A DNA stretch of 64,000 nucleotides, taken from an uncultured Bacillota bacterium. GTDB taxonomy: Bacteria; Bacillota; DTU025; MWDF01. The DNA lies in assembly GCA_963823655.1 (NCBI GenBank), contig CAWGMK010000007.1, positions 160,001-224,000 on the forward strand, given 5' to 3'. The position numbers and the translations under genes are program-made. Shown here one piece after another: positions 43,251-53,849 of the stretch. The notes beneath the pieces were generated by a model. It was not told the DNA's origin, made no database searches, and saw nothing but the letters and a program-made list of their open reading frames with translations. How positions within the stretch are numbered: position 1 is the first letter of the stretch; each line of letters begins with the position of its first letter.

Positions 43251-44207
43251 ATGTTCAAGAGGTTGACAATCCTGAGCCTGGCGATCCTAATGGCAGTTGT
43301 ATTAGCAGGTTCGGCAATGAGCGCGTACCCGACGCAGCCCATAAACTACCTAATTGCCTTCAGTGCAGGCGGAGAATCAGACATCACCGCACGCATGCAG
43401 CAAAAGTACCTTGAGCAGGAGCTTGGCGTCCCTATCGTAATGACATATAAAACGGGCGGCGGCGGCGCAGTCTGCTGGGCAGAGCTTGTCCGCTCCAAGC
43501 CGGACGGATACATAATAGCAGGCGTTAACGAGCCGCATACCATGCTGCAGCCGATGCAGAGCAACAGCGGATATGAGACAAGCCAGATCCAGAGGGTAGC
43601 CCTCTTCCAGTTCACCCCCTGCGCATTGATTGTGCGCAAGGATAGCCCCTTCAAGACCCTTCAGGATCTGATCGATTTTGCGAAGAAGTACCCCGGCATG
43701 GTGACTGTAGGCGGCAGCGGCAGCTGGGCTTCGACCCACTTTACAACGATGTTGCTTGAGAAGGCGGCCGGAATAAAGCTCACATACATCCCGTTCGCAG
43801 GCTCTGGCGACACTAAGCCCGCAATCCTTGGCGGTCATGTGTCAGCGATAGTTGCACATCCAACGACCGCAGTAGGAATGAAGAATGACATAAGGATACT
43901 GGCAGTAGCTGCAGAGAAGCGCTCTGCGGTGTTCCCGGATGTTTCTACGTTCAAAGAGCTTGGCGTCCCGGGCGTTGTTGAAGGTTCCTACAGAGGCGTC
44001 GCAGTGCCTCCCGGCACCCCAAAGGATATTGTTAACAAGCTGGCAGCGGCCTTCAAGAAGGCCAATGAGGATCCGGCGTTCGTTAAGACCATGACAGATC
44101 TGGGCTTCGACCTGCTGTGGAAGGGCCCTGAGGAATATGAGAGCTGGATCAAGGAGAGAACGGTATATTACGCAGAGCTTCTCAAGACGCTCGGATATTC
44201 GAAATAG
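43251..44207 (+). CDS. tctC: Tripartite tricarboxylate transporter substrate-binding protein (TctC/Bug)
   Basis: Signal peptide; YPTQPI..IAFSAGGESD..AR; GGGG; KPDGY; IPFAGSG; PPGTPKDI. Confidence 0.9.
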   Translation: MFKRLTILSLAILMAVVLAGSAMSAYPTQPINYLIAFSAGGESDITARMQQKYLEQELGVPIVMTYKTGGGGAVCWAELVRSKPDGYIIAGVNEPHTMLQPMQSNSGYETSQIQRVALFQFTPCALIVRKDSPFKTLQDLIDFAKKYPGMVTVGGSGSWASTHFTTMLLEKAAGIKLTYIPFAGSGDTKPAILGGHVSAIVAHPTTAVGMKNDIRILAVAAEKRSAVFPDVSTFKELGVPGVVEGSYRGVAVPPGTPKDIVNKLAAAFKKANEDPAFVKTMTDLGFDLLWKGPEEYESWIKERTVYYAELLKTLGYSK

Positions 44208-44293
44208 CTTCTGGACAAGCTTCGTAAGGGGGGCGAAAGCCCCCCATTTGAATGCCTCTATGAAGATTAACTAATGATTGCGAGGGACGCAAG

Positions 44294-45805
44294 ATGGTTC
44301 TTGAAGGCCTTCTGGGAATTTTGACTCCTCAGATACAACTTTATATCCTGCTGGCGACCATAGGAGGCATGATAGTCGGTGCACTGCCCGGGCTTACTGC
44401 GACAATGGCAGTTGCCGTTATGGTCCCGCTGACTTTCGGAATGGAGCCGGTTACGGGCCTTGCGGTCCTCGGTGCCATATACATGTCAGCAATCTATGGC
44501 GGATGCTTCTCGGCCATCCTCATAAACACCCCGGGCACGCCCGGTTCCATAGCAACAGCTTTTGACGGGTATCCGATGTGTGTGAAAGGTGAGGGAATGA
44601 GGGCCATCGTAGGCGCGACGGTCGGCTCCGTGATCGGCGGCGTCGTAAGCCTTGTAGCACTTTTCTTTCTGTCGCCCCCTCTTGCAGCCATTTCGTTAAA
44701 ATTCGGGCCTCCTGAATACTTCTGGCTTGCCATATTCGGACTTACCGTAATGGCCAGCATGGGGGGTGAGGGCTCTCTAGTAAAGACCTTCATGGCGGGA
44801 GGGCTCGGGCTTCTGATCAGCTGCATAGGGATGACCATAATGGGCGGGCAGCTGCGCTTCGGCTTCAACAACTACCACATGCAGGGAGGCATCGACCTCG
44901 TGTCTGCCATGATAGGCCTTTTCTGCATCCCTGAGGCGCTGAACTACATGAGCACCTTCGGCTCCATGTATAAAATTACCGAAGTAAAGAAGCCCAAGGG
45001 GGCAATCTGGGCGGCGATCAAGGAGACTCTGGCTTTGAGGGCCACCCTGGTGCGTTCTTCGCTTATTGGTTTAATCGTCGGCATCTTGCCGGGTGCAGGT
45101 GGCACTATCGCCAACATGATCGCATACAACGAAGCTAAGAAAGCCTCAAAAGATTCGGCTAAGTTCGGCACAGGAGTCCTTGAAGGAGTAGTGGCTCCTG
45201 AGACGGCGAACAACGCGACCGTTGGAGGAGGGTTAATTCCGACTCTTACCCTGGGTGTTCCGGGCACCACGGTAGCTGCGGTTATCTACGGAGCATTGCT
45301 TCTGCACGGCCTTAGGCCCGGTGCAGACCTTTTCACCTCGAACGGCAAGGTTGTCTGGGGGTTCATGTTCGCAATTCTCATATCTACGATAATGATGGGC
45401 GTTATTGGACTTCTCGTAGGGATACAGATGTATAGAGGAGTCTCAAAGGTGCCGACGAGGTTCATGGCACCGGCTATAGTCGCGTTATCAATCGTGGGAG
45501 CATACGCGGTAAGAAACAGCAGCGTGGATGTAATAGTTATGCTGGTGTTCGGACTTCTCGGGTACATCCTGAAAGAAATGGGCCTGGCCCCCGGCGCATT
45601 GGTTCTCGGCCTTATATTGGGCCCCATCGCAGAGGCAGGCTTCGTCAGGTCCAGCCTCATTGGGCAGGCCGCAGGCTATTTCAACATTTTCGTTAAAAGG
45701 CCTATCAGCCTTATACTGATAGCCCTTACTCTCCTGTCGCTTATCTGGCCAATAATCACAAATTACCTGTCCAAACGGGGTAAGGGGAGGGTTTCAGGTG
45801 CCTAA
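44294..45805 (+). CDS. tctA: Tripartite tricarboxylate transporter permease TctA
   Basis: GALPGL, NTPGTP, FDGYPM, FGPPEYF, APETANNA, PTLTLGVPG. Confidence 0.93.
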   Translation: MVLEGLLGILTPQIQLYILLATIGGMIVGALPGLTATMAVAVMVPLTFGMEPVTGLAVLGAIYMSAIYGGCFSAILINTPGTPGSIATAFDGYPMCVKGEGMRAIVGATVGSVIGGVVSLVALFFLSPPLAAISLKFGPPEYFWLAIFGLTVMASMGGEGSLVKTFMAGGLGLLISCIGMTIMGGQLRFGFNNYHMQGGIDLVSAMIGLFCIPEALNYMSTFGSMYKITEVKKPKGAIWAAIKETLALRATLVRSSLIGLIVGILPGAGGTIANMIAYNEAKKASKDSAKFGTGVLEGVVAPETANNATVGGGLIPTLTLGVPGTTVAAVIYGALLLHGLRPGADLFTSNGKVVWGFMFAILISTIMMGVIGLLVGIQMYRGVSKVPTRFMAPAIVALSIVGAYAVRNSSVDVIVMLVFGLLGYILKEMGLAPGALVLGLILGPIAEAGFVRSSLIGQAAGYFNIFVKRPISLILIALTLLSLIWPIITNYLSKRGKGRVSGA

Positions 45806-46254
45806 GAAGAGAAATATCGACCTTATTGCCGCATTATTCGTGGGGGCCATCAGCCTTGTCTTCTGGTCCCAGCTGAAGGACATCAATTCTCCCATGGATG
45901 TTATATTTCCCAAAAGCGTCCTGATAGTAATGTTCGTTCTGTGCGGGATCCTGCTGATTAAGGCGTTCACTAAGCCGGATCTCAAAGAATTGTTCGCGAT
46001 AAAGAACAGGAACATGGTCGCGTTGGGGGCTATCTGCCTTGTTGTGTGGGTGGCGCTGCTCGGGAGTAACGGGTTTCATTTCAATAAGCGTGTTGGCATT
46101 CACGCTGCTCTCATGGATTATGCAGGACAAGGAGAAAAGGACTCTGAAATCGGCCCTTAACTCCGTGATTGTGGGCAGCATCCTAATCGGGCTTATCTAT
46201 CTGGTGTTCGTAAAATTGCTGCTTGTTCCGCTTCCAAAGGGCTTCCTCATTTAG
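45798..46254 (+). CDS. tctB: TctB small membrane subunit, one frameshift near 46062
   Basis: Four TM helices; FP motif; GF; C-terminal F..LL.VPLPKG in the second frame. Confidence 0.8.
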
Positions 46255-46290
46255 GGATCGAAGCAATGAGCAGATTAGGGGGGTGTACCC

Positions 46291-47178
46291 TTGTTGCCTA
46301 GAAAAATTGGCTTCATAGGCTTCGGCGAGGCGGCTTCGGCATTTGCGAAAGCGCTATCCGAACATGGAGCAAACATTGAGGCCTTCGATATCCTTATAAA
46401 CGCTGAGGACGGCCTGAAGGTATTGAATCGCAGGAGCGATGGCGTAGATGTGAAGTTTCGCAAACTCGAGGATGTCATTAAGGACTCCGAGCTGATCATA
46501 TCCACAGTTACCACGGACGTTGCCCTGGCAGCTGCGAGAAGTTGCGCCGGGTTGCTGTCCTCATCAAAAGTATATTTCGACCTGAATTCCACTTCCCCGA
46601 ACGTAAAAATCGAGATATCCGAGGTCATAAGAAGCACCGGGGCGGGCTTTCTGGAAGGCGTAGTGCTTGGCGCAATAGGAGCCACCGGGTCTGCCACCAA
46701 AGTACTTCTCGGCGGCGATCTGGGCGAAGAGTATGCAATCAAGCTGAAGGAGCTGGGGCTAAACACCTCGTTTTTCAGCAGGGAGATAGGTAAGGCATCG
46801 ACTTTCAAGATGATAAGGAGCGTTTTCAGCAAGGGCGCAGAGGCACTGCTGCTAGAGATGCTCCTTGCCGGCAAGAAGGCCGGTCTTGAGGAGGAGCTGT
46901 GGAAGGACATAGTTGGGTTCATGGAATCCAAGCCGTTTGGCAAGATAGCCTCCAATTGGCTGCAAACCCATGCGGTAGCGTGTGAACGCAGATACTATGA
47001 GATGCTCCAGGTCTGCGGAACCATGGATGAGCTTGCAATCGAGCCTGTAATGGCAACTGCAACCGCAGAAGTGTTCAGGCATTCCGTTGAAGCAGGCCTG
47101 AAGAATAGTTTCCAGGATAAGGCCTCGAGCGTAAATGAGGTAATAGACGTGCTTTCCCAACTTGTGGGCAAAATGTAG
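46291..47178 (+). CDS. NAD(P)-dependent beta-hydroxyacid dehydrogenase family (3-hydroxyisobutyrate/6-phosphogluconate DH-like)
   Basis: [10 protein letters not shown]; DLNSTSP; [14 protein letters not shown] (catalytic Lys helix). Confidence 0.85.
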   Translation: MLPRKIGFIGFGEAASAFAKALSEHGANIEAFDILINAEDGLKVLNRRSDGVDVKFRKLEDVIKDSELIISTVTTDVALAAARSCAGLLSSSKVYFDLNSTSPNVKIEISEVIRSTGAGFLEGVVLGAIGATGSATKVLLGGDLGEEYAIKLKELGLNTSFFSREIGKASTFKMIRSVFSKGAEALLLEMLLAGKKAGLEEELWKDIVGFMESKPFGKIASNWLQTHAVACERRYYEMLQVCGTMDELAIEPVMATATAEVFRHSVEAGLKNSFQDKASSVNEVIDVLSQLVGKM

Positions 47179-47191
47179 GAGGCATCTTCAC

Positions 47192-48064
47192 ATGAACAAG
47201 ACAACGCAACTGAAAACACTGCTGAAATCCCCCCAGCTAGAATTCATACTAGAAGCTCACGATGGCATGAGTGCGAAGATCGTCCAGGAGGCGGGTTTCA
47301 AAGGCATTTGGGGCAGCGGGCTTACGATATCAGCGGCCATGGGAGTTCGCGACAGCAACGAAGCAAGCTGGACGCAAGTCCTTGAGGTTATGGAGTTCAT
47401 GAGCGATGCGGTAGATATCCCGATATTACTTGACGGCGACACCGGATATGGCAATTTCAACAACTTCCGCAGGCTCGTCAAGAAGCTAGAGCAAAGGGAT
47501 GTCGCTGGAGTATGCATAGAAGATAAGCTTTTCCCTAAGACGAATTCGTTTATAAATAGCACGAACCAGCCGCTTGCGGATATTCGTGAATTTGCCAACA
47601 AGATCAAAGCCGGAAAGGATACGCAGTCCGATCCCGATTTCTGTATTGTCGCCCGTATCGAATCGTTCATCGCCGGCTGGGGCCTTGAGGAGACTTTGAA
47701 GAGGGCCCACGCATATCACGAGGCAGGGGCCGATGCACTGCTCATTCACAGCAGGATATCCAAGCCCGATGAGATCCTGGCATTCATGAAAGAGTGGAAA
47801 GACACATGTCCTGTGGTCATAGTACCGACCATGTATTATGACACACCGGCAGAAGTGTTCGAGAAGGCCGGGATATCGCTCGTCATATGGGCGAATCACC
47901 TCATGAGAAGCAGCATGGCAAGCATGAAGGAAACGGCAGCGCAGATTGCCGCAGAGCGCTCCATAAGCACCGTAGAGAAGAAAGTGGTCTCCGTAAAGGA
48001 GATATTCCGCATGCAAAACGCGAAGGAGCTTGAAGAAGCCGAGAGGATCTATTTGCCCTCCTGA
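47192..48064 (+). CDS. pepM: Phosphoenolpyruvate mutase
   Basis: PepM signature EDKxxxxxNS present as [10 protein letters not shown]; also [45 protein letters not shown]; AGGAGG RBS. Confidence 0.92.
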   Translation: MNKTTQLKTLLKSPQLEFILEAHDGMSAKIVQEAGFKGIWGSGLTISAAMGVRDSNEASWTQVLEVMEFMSDAVDIPILLDGDTGYGNFNNFRRLVKKLEQRDVAGVCIEDKLFPKTNSFINSTNQPLADIREFANKIKAGKDTQSDPDFCIVARIESFIAGWGLEETLKRAHAYHEAGADALLIHSRISKPDEILAFMKEWKDTCPVVIVPTMYYDTPAEVFEKAGISLVIWANHLMRSSMASMKETAAQIAAERSISTVEKKVVSVKEIFRMQNAKELEEAERIYLPS

Positions 48065-48128
48065 GCAAACGGAAAACATTACTTGGTTTCGATTAATTTC
48101 GGGTATGACAGCTTTGGAGGCGTTTCCG

Positions 48129-49163
48129 ATGAATGCCAAAGTCATGGTTGAGGTAGATTGGCTAAGGAAGATCTCCCGCAAAATCCTTGAGATGCGCGGC
48201 GTAGACAAGGATTGCTCCGATGTTGTGACCGACATGCTCGTCGAGGCGGACCTGTGGGGGAGGAATTCCCATGGAACAATGCGCCTCGCTAAATGGGCAC
48301 CCGGGATCGAAGAGGGAACGATAGCCAAGCGCAATGAGATGAAGCTTATTAGAAGAAGCGGCTCCATCGAGTGGTTCGAGGGGAATATGACTCTTGGCCC
48401 CGTCTCCGCAATGACGGCGATTGAATCGTGCCTGAAAAGGGCAAAGGAATCCGGAGTGGCAATCTGCTGCGTATCCGGCGCGTCCCACATAGGAATGCTG
48501 GGCTATTACGCCCAGAAGGCAGCCCTCAAGGGGCAAATCGGGATAATAATGTGCAATACGGAGCCTGCCATGGCACCTTACGGAGGTTTAGATAAGGTGA
48601 TTGGCACAAATCCGATTGCGGTGGGGATACCTTCCGGCGTTAATCCGCCAATAGTGCTTGATATGGCAACTACAGTGCATGCAAGGGGAAGAGTCGTGGA
48701 AGCCCTCGAAGAGGGCGAAGAGTTGCCGGCAGGATGGGCTGAGGACGCCTTCGGTGAGCCGACAATAGATCCGGCCAAGGCGCTTGAAGGCTCACTGCTT
48801 CCGACAGGGGGCGTAAAAGGATACGCCCTGGCAATAATAGTGGACATACTCTCCGGCGCCCTCTCCGGAAGCTCGGTCGGCACAGGCGTGCTCGGCTCTC
48901 ACGATATGAGCAAGCCTTCCTCAAGAGGGGACTTCTACATGACAATAGACCCGGACCATACAGTAGGCCGTTCAGCGTTTGAGGCATCTGTTATGGACCT
49001 TGCGGGACAGATCAGGTCTTCAAGGACTAAAGAGGGAATGTCGATAATGCTGCCGGGCGACCCGGAAATGGACGAAAGGCAGAGAAGGCTTGAAAAGGGC
49101 ATACCGATGGTACAGTCGATAGTGCAGAAGCTCGAGATGCTGGCCAGCATGCAAGCAAAGTAG
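48129..49163 (+). CDS. Type-2 malate/L-lactate (Ldh_2; ComC/AllD-like) 2-hydroxyacid dehydrogenase
   Basis: ADLWGRNSHG, HIGMLGYY, GTNPIA, DMATT, GGVKGYALA, LPGDPE. Confidence 0.9.
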   Translation: MNAKVMVEVDWLRKISRKILEMRGVDKDCSDVVTDMLVEADLWGRNSHGTMRLAKWAPGIEEGTIAKRNEMKLIRRSGSIEWFEGNMTLGPVSAMTAIESCLKRAKESGVAICCVSGASHIGMLGYYAQKAALKGQIGIIMCNTEPAMAPYGGLDKVIGTNPIAVGIPSGVNPPIVLDMATTVHARGRVVEALEEGEELPAGWAEDAFGEPTIDPAKALEGSLLPTGGVKGYALAIIVDILSGALSGSSVGTGVLGSHDMSKPSSRGDFYMTIDPDHTVGRSAFEASVMDLAGQIRSSRTKEGMSIMLPGDPEMDERQRRLEKGIPMVQSIVQKLEMLASMQAK

Positions 49164-49241
49164 TCCAAACATACATCCGTGTCCGGCTTGGCTGAGCAAC
49201 AGGCAAAATAGCAAATCCGTAAGACACATCCGAAATGACGG

Positions 49242-49293
49242 ACGATGACGGCTTTCTCAGTGGGGTTCAGACCTGAGAAGGCCGTCATCGTTT
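49242..49293. terminator. Terminator between the pepM operon and the convergent genes
   Basis: ACGATGACGGCTTTCTCAG/CTGAGAAGGCCGTCATCGT long stem. Confidence 0.7.
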
Positions 49294-49339
49294 AAATCTC
49301 TTGTTTAGTTAAACCTGCTCGTAATCCGTATTATCAGGC

Positions 49340-50053
49340 TCATCGAATATGAAGCGAGAAGCGTTCCCCGAACAAAGCCAGGAAATCCTCCCGCGACTTA
49401 CTAAATACCCATTCTGCGCCTTCCAGCCTCTCACCCAGCGTGCATGACATAACATGCAGCAAGTGCCTGATATGGTACAGCCAGTCCTTAACACAGCTTT
49501 CCTCCAGCCGGCTGCGCATCTCGATTGTAAGCCGCTCGTTCTCCTCGGTGAGGTCTATGCCGTGCCAGGTGAATTCGCAATATCTCAGCTCGGCTCCGGA
49601 CAATTCCTGCTCCACTTCCAGGTTAAGATTCTCATCGAATCCCATCGCCAGGTGCCTGTCGATGTTTTCGCAGTAACAATGGCCCTCCTCAGTCAGGTTG
49701 TTCTCCTGCCAGGCATCGTGCCAGGGGCATGACAAAGTGCGGATTACCAATACGGGGGATCGTTGCACAATAACGGAACGCATGCTGCCCTGAGGGGCTC
49801 TCCATTCGCTGTAAGCCCTGTAAGCTGTCATATTTGTCTCATCGCCGTTTCTCAGGGCCCTTTTTCTCATGCGCCTTCCGCGCTGCAGCCCATATTCCTT
49901 GACCGCTGCAATTACCGCCAGCCTGCCCTCTTCCCCGTAGCGCTCGACGGCATTTCTCGTGATGATGCCGAACAAAGTCGCATGATGGCCCGGGAGCAGC
50001 TCTGCAGCCGCGCTTTTACACGCCTCGTCGCCGAACGATTTGACTTTGCCCAT
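49340..50053 (-). CDS. L-2-amino-thiazoline-4-carboxylate hydrolase-like family protein
   Basis: YGLQRGRRM; CPWHDAW; YCENID; GF; CEF. Confidence 0.7.
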   Translation of the reverse strand: MGKVKSFGDEACKSAAAELLPGHHATLFGIITRNAVERYGEEGRLAVIAAVKEYGLQRGRRMRKRALRNGDETNMTAYRAYSEWRAPQGSMRSVIVQRSPVLVIRTLSCPWHDAWQENNLTEEGHCYCENIDRHLAMGFDENLNLEVEQELSGAELRYCEFTWHGIDLTEENERLTIEMRSRLEESCVKDWLYHIRHLLHVMSCTLGERLEGAEWVFSKSREDFLALFGERFSLHIR

Positions 50054-50062
50054 TTCGCCTAC

Positions 50063-51223
50063 CTAGCCCCTATCTACATTAATCACTGTCCTGACGGAGG
50101 GATCCTTCTTGCGTATGGCCCTGCTTACCGCAGTAACAAGCTCATCTTCGCCCATCTTGTAAGAAAACGGGACAGACATATCGAAGATGATGTTGTTGTG
50201 AGTGATGCCTTTTACCACCCTGAAATCGTGGAATCTGAGCTCGGGATCTATCTCGGCTAAAGTTGCCGCAGCCAACTCGCGCATCTTGTTGACGAAAGGG
50301 TCATCTATCACTACCGGATCGAGGTGGATTACGAGATCGACCTGGCGCGCCTTCCTGATGTCCAGCTCGATGTTGTCTATTAGGTCATGGCTTTTTAGAA
50401 TGTCGACTTTTGCGTCGACTTCCACATGGACGGAGGCGAAAATGCGGTTCGGGCCGTAATCATGAACAAGCAAGTCGTGGGTGTTAATCACACCATCGTA
50501 CTTCTTTATGAAGTCGTCGATCTCCTCTATGGCATCTGCAGTCGGCGCTTTGCCGAGCATCCGGTCCATGGTCTCCCTCATAACCTTGTAGCCGGAGAAG
50601 ATGATAAGGCCGGACACGATCAGCCCCATGTAGCCGTCCAGCTGGAAATGGATTATGGGGCTCAACAGCATGGATACTAGTACCGCAGAAGTGGCTAGGA
50701 CATCAGAAAGGCTGTCGGTTGCCGTCGCCTGTATCATAGTCGAGCCTATCTGCCTGCCCAATGCGATGTTGAACCTATACAGCCAGAACTTAACGCCTAT
50801 GGAGAGCAGAAGAATGATGACGGCCAGGATGCTGAAGCCTATCTCATCTGGATCCATGATCTTCCCTACGGATGATTTGCCCAGCTCGAAGCCCACCAGA
50901 AGGATTATCACCGCAACTATGGAGGAGGCTATGTACTCGATTCTCGCATGCCCGAACGGGTGGTCCTTGTCTGCGGGCTTGGAGGAGAGCTTGAAGCTCA
51001 CCAGCGAGATTACTGAGGAGCCTGCGTCTGAAAGGTTGTTCATTGCATCGGCGGTGACAGAGATGCTCCCAAACAACGTCCCTGCCGTGAATTTCGCGGC
51101 AAATAGGGCGAGATTCAGGATTATACCCACTATGCTGCTCAGCTTCCCGTACTGGTTGCGGACGGCATCATCATGTATCCTGTCGGGGTTCTTCACGAAA
51201 AGGCTAACGAGATAGTTCTTCAA
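50063..51223 (-). CDS. Cation diffusion facilitator (FieF-like) metal transporter
   Basis: ADAMNNLSD, KPADKDHPFGHARIE, DSLSD, HDLLVHDYGP, HLDP. Confidence 0.92.
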   Translation of the reverse strand: MKNYLVSLFVKNPDRIHDDAVRNQYGKLSSIVGIILNLALFAAKFTAGTLFGSISVTADAMNNLSDAGSSVISLVSFKLSSKPADKDHPFGHARIEYIASSIVAVIILLVGFELGKSSVGKIMDPDEIGFSILAVIILLLSIGVKFWLYRFNIALGRQIGSTMIQATATDSLSDVLATSAVLVSMLLSPIIHFQLDGYMGLIVSGLIIFSGYKVMRETMDRMLGKAPTADAIEEIDDFIKKYDGVINTHDLLVHDYGPNRIFASVHVEVDAKVDILKSHDLIDNIELDIRKARQVDLVIHLDPVVIDDPFVNKMRELAAATLAEIDPELRFHDFRVVKGITHNNIIFDMSVPFSYKMGEDELVTAVSRAIRKKDPSVRTVINVDRG

Positions 51224-51552
51224 GATGGTTCACCTTCGTCGTATTAGCGATCCAATGGGCCCATCGGCGGCCTCAAGCATCGCTTCTGTTTTTGCTTCAG
51301 TTTAGCACAATGCCGGCTGTATGGCTCAAAGCGCATCTTTCAGCTGCCGTCGGTGGGTTTCTGTGAACGACCGATTGTCGCCTGCCTTCGTATAAGACAT
51401 CGTGCGAAAAGTCCCGTGAGTCAGGTAATTCCGGCAACCGGCATTAGGCTATGTAAAATGGGGCCAAGGACATATACTTTGATTGTCAATGCACAATAGG
51501 CGAAGGGGAGAACCCGCCGTCAATGCGAGCATCAACTACCAAGGAGGATAAT

Positions 51553-52324
51553 ATGTACGCACCGAGTTTCAGGCTTGACGGGAAGACAGCAGTAGTGACA
51601 GGGGCAGGGCGCGGAATAGGCAAAGCCATAGCATTGGGCTTGGCTGAGGCCGGCGCCGACATAGTCCTTATGGCAAGGACCGGAAAAGAGATGGACGAGG
51701 TCGCAGGCCTAGATCGGGGAAATCGGCAGAAGGGCACTGGTAGTCCAGGCAGACCTCACAAACAAGGAAGCCATAGAAAAGGCTTTCGATGAAGCCCTGG
51801 GGCTGTCCGGCAGGATAGACATACTTGTCAACAACGCCGGCGTGAATCCGAGGACGCCTACCTTCGAAGTCGATCAGGAATCGATGGACAAACACTTGAA
51901 ACTAAATCTGGAAGGAGCCTTCTTCTGCTCCCAGGCCGCAGGAAGGATAATGAGCAGGCAAGGGGGCGGCAGGATAATCAGCATTGCGTCCGTTGCTGCT
52001 CAAGTAGCAACCAAGGCCGGGATCATCTATTCGATGACCAAGGCCGCCGTAGTGCAGATGACGAAGACGCTCGCTGTAGAATGGGGCAAGTATGGCATTA
52101 ATGTGAACGCGATCGGCCCGTGGTATATAAGAACGAGCATGACGGAGGAGAAGCTGAAGGACAAGGCGCTTGTGGAGCAGATACTTTCAAGGACGGTGAT
52201 ACAAAGGATCTCCGATCCGGAAGATCTTGTAGGCACTGCGATATTCCTATCCTCAGACGCTTCAAGCTATATAACAGGCCAGACCATTTTTGTGGACGGC
52301 GGCCTTACTATCTACGGTTTCTAA
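51553..52324 (+). CDS. Short-chain dehydrogenase (gluconate 5-DH/KduD-like), frameshift near 51715
   Basis: TGAGRGIG; NNAG; YSMTK (YxxxK); NAIGP; YITGQTIFVDGG. Confidence 0.85.
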
Positions 52325-52339
52325 GGATCAGCCTGCCCG

Positions 52340-52376
52340 GGAGCCGAAGGCCAAAAACCTTCGGCTCCTTTTATTT
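52340..52376 (+). terminator. Intrinsic terminator after the SDR gene
   Basis: GGAGCCGAAGG-CCAAAAA-CCTTCGGCTCC-TTTTATTT. Confidence 0.8.
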
Positions 52377-52707
52377 GCCCAAAAAGAAAGATGACGGCAA
52401 GGGCGATCGATTTTTACTCTCGGTGGATATGGAACCGATATCACAATATACCTAAATTTGCCAATGATGAAACGCTAGCTAGATTAGGCAATCAAATAAT
52501 CATATGCAATCTAGCTGTATGTTACACGCATATCACTGGCAATATAAATATCTCTCTGAAACAGAGTATATTCATAGAAATTCCCGTCAATGTAAGAGCG
52601 AATATCAATATAGCAGCAGCTAAATACGCTTATAGTCGAAATAAATAAATATTTGCACTTTGCAGGAGGAATCTCAACTTGGGCGGATAATAAATATATA
52701 ATATATA

Positions 52708-52721
52708 TGAAACCCTTACCA
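52708..52721. promoter_or_regulatory. LacI/cre-like operator candidate
   Basis: TGAAACCCTTACCA; a similar site TGGAACCGATATCA lies at 52430-52443. Confidence 0.4.
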
Positions 52722-52780
52722 CATTTCCGAGTGCTCATGAATACTGAAAGCGGAAATCTGGTACATGGAGGTGCGCAGGA

Positions 52781-53791
52781 TTGACGACGATCTATGAGAT
52801 TGCTAAGAAGGTCGACGCTTCTCCATCAACGGTTTCACGTGCGCTTTCAGGCAACGGCTATGTAAGCAAGGAGATGAAAGAGAAGATCCTTGCCGTGGCC
52901 GAATCCCTATACTACAGGCCGAATGCGCTCGCAAGGGCGCTAGTCACAAAGAAGAGCCAGACGATTGCCTTCGTTGTAGCCGACATCGGCAACCCCTTCT
53001 TCCCCGCAATAGCCAGGGGAGTGGAGGATGTCGCAAGCACCAAAAGCTACAATGTCATCCTTTGCAATACGGATTCCAACAGGGTCAAGGCCGACGAGTA
53101 CATCAAGGTGCTAAGCAGCAGGCAGACGGACGGAGTCATATTCTGTACCGCAAGCGTTAACGACAGGCATGTGAAGGAAGTTATTGGAAGCGGCATCCCG
53201 GTCGTATTAGGATACCCGAGCAAGACCATCAAATGCGACACCGTCTCGTGCGACAACCTCCATGGGGGCATGATCGCGACAGAGCACCTTATAGGCCTCG
53301 GGCATACAACGATCGGGATAATCAGCGCCCTTGTGAAGCGCGTGACGGGCGGCGACAGGCTAAGAGGGTATAAGAGGGCACTCGTTAAACATTCGCTCCG
53401 GGTGAGGGAGGACTTGATCGTCGAGGGCGACTACAGCATGGAGAGCGGCTACGAGAACGCCAAGAGGCTTCTAAACCTCATCGGCCGCCCGACTGCGATC
53501 TTCGCGACCAATGACCTTATGGCGATAGGCGCGATGAACGCGATAGAGGAGGCAGGGCTCAAGGTCCCTGATGACATTGCAGTCGTCGGATACGATGACA
53601 TCCTTATGGCATCGATCGTAAAGCCCAGGCTGACCACGGTGGCCCAGCCTAAATACGAGATAGGGCAGCTTGCGTGCAAGGCCATCCTGGACAGGATGGA
53701 GGCCCCGGACAGGCCCTGGGAGCATACGGTCCTCAAGCCGAAGCTTATAGTCAGAAGCTCCAGCGTAGTGATGGATACCAACAGGGCGTAA
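52781..53791 (+). CDS. LacI family transcriptional regulator
   Basis: [17 protein letters not shown]; [10 protein letters not shown]; NPFF; [12 protein letters not shown]; GYDD; LTTV. Confidence 0.94.
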   Translation: MTTIYEIAKKVDASPSTVSRALSGNGYVSKEMKEKILAVAESLYYRPNALARALVTKKSQTIAFVVADIGNPFFPAIARGVEDVASTKSYNVILCNTDSNRVKADEYIKVLSSRQTDGVIFCTASVNDRHVKEVIGSGIPVVLGYPSKTIKCDTVSCDNLHGGMIATEHLIGLGHTTIGIISALVKRVTGGDRLRGYKRALVKHSLRVREDLIVEGDYSMESGYENAKRLLNLIGRPTAIFATNDLMAIGAMNAIEEAGLKVPDDIAVVGYDDILMASIVKPRLTTVAQPKYEIGQLACKAILDRMEAPDRPWEHTVLKPKLIVRSSSVVMDTNRA

Positions 53792-53849
53792 CCTTTAGCG
53801 ATAAATTCTAGTCAAAACTATTGATGAAAAACGAGAAAGGAATGAACCT

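Noticed and set aside
47192-48064. Calling this gene isocitrate/methylisocitrate lyase or phosphonopyruvate hydrolase
   Set aside because: It lacks the KKCGH lyase motif and has [10 protein letters not shown] with the mutase-type Asn.
47486-48490. Long antisense ORFs (e.g. 47486-48490, 61424-62437, 2502-3347, 53818-54654)
   Set aside because: They overlap well-supported genes on the other strand and have no motifs; expected shadows in GC-rich coding DNA.
42163-49163. Standard phosphonate natural-product or phosphonoglycan biosynthetic cluster
   Set aside because: No ppd, AEP transaminase, cytidylyltransferase, glycosyltransferase or exporter, and the transporter is an importer. A non-standard biosynthetic role is kept as an alternative.
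51240-51520. Riboswitch or ncRNA in the CDF-SDR intergenic region
   Set aside because: No recognisable aptamer consensus or strong stems by eye; an Rfam scan would be needed to exclude one.
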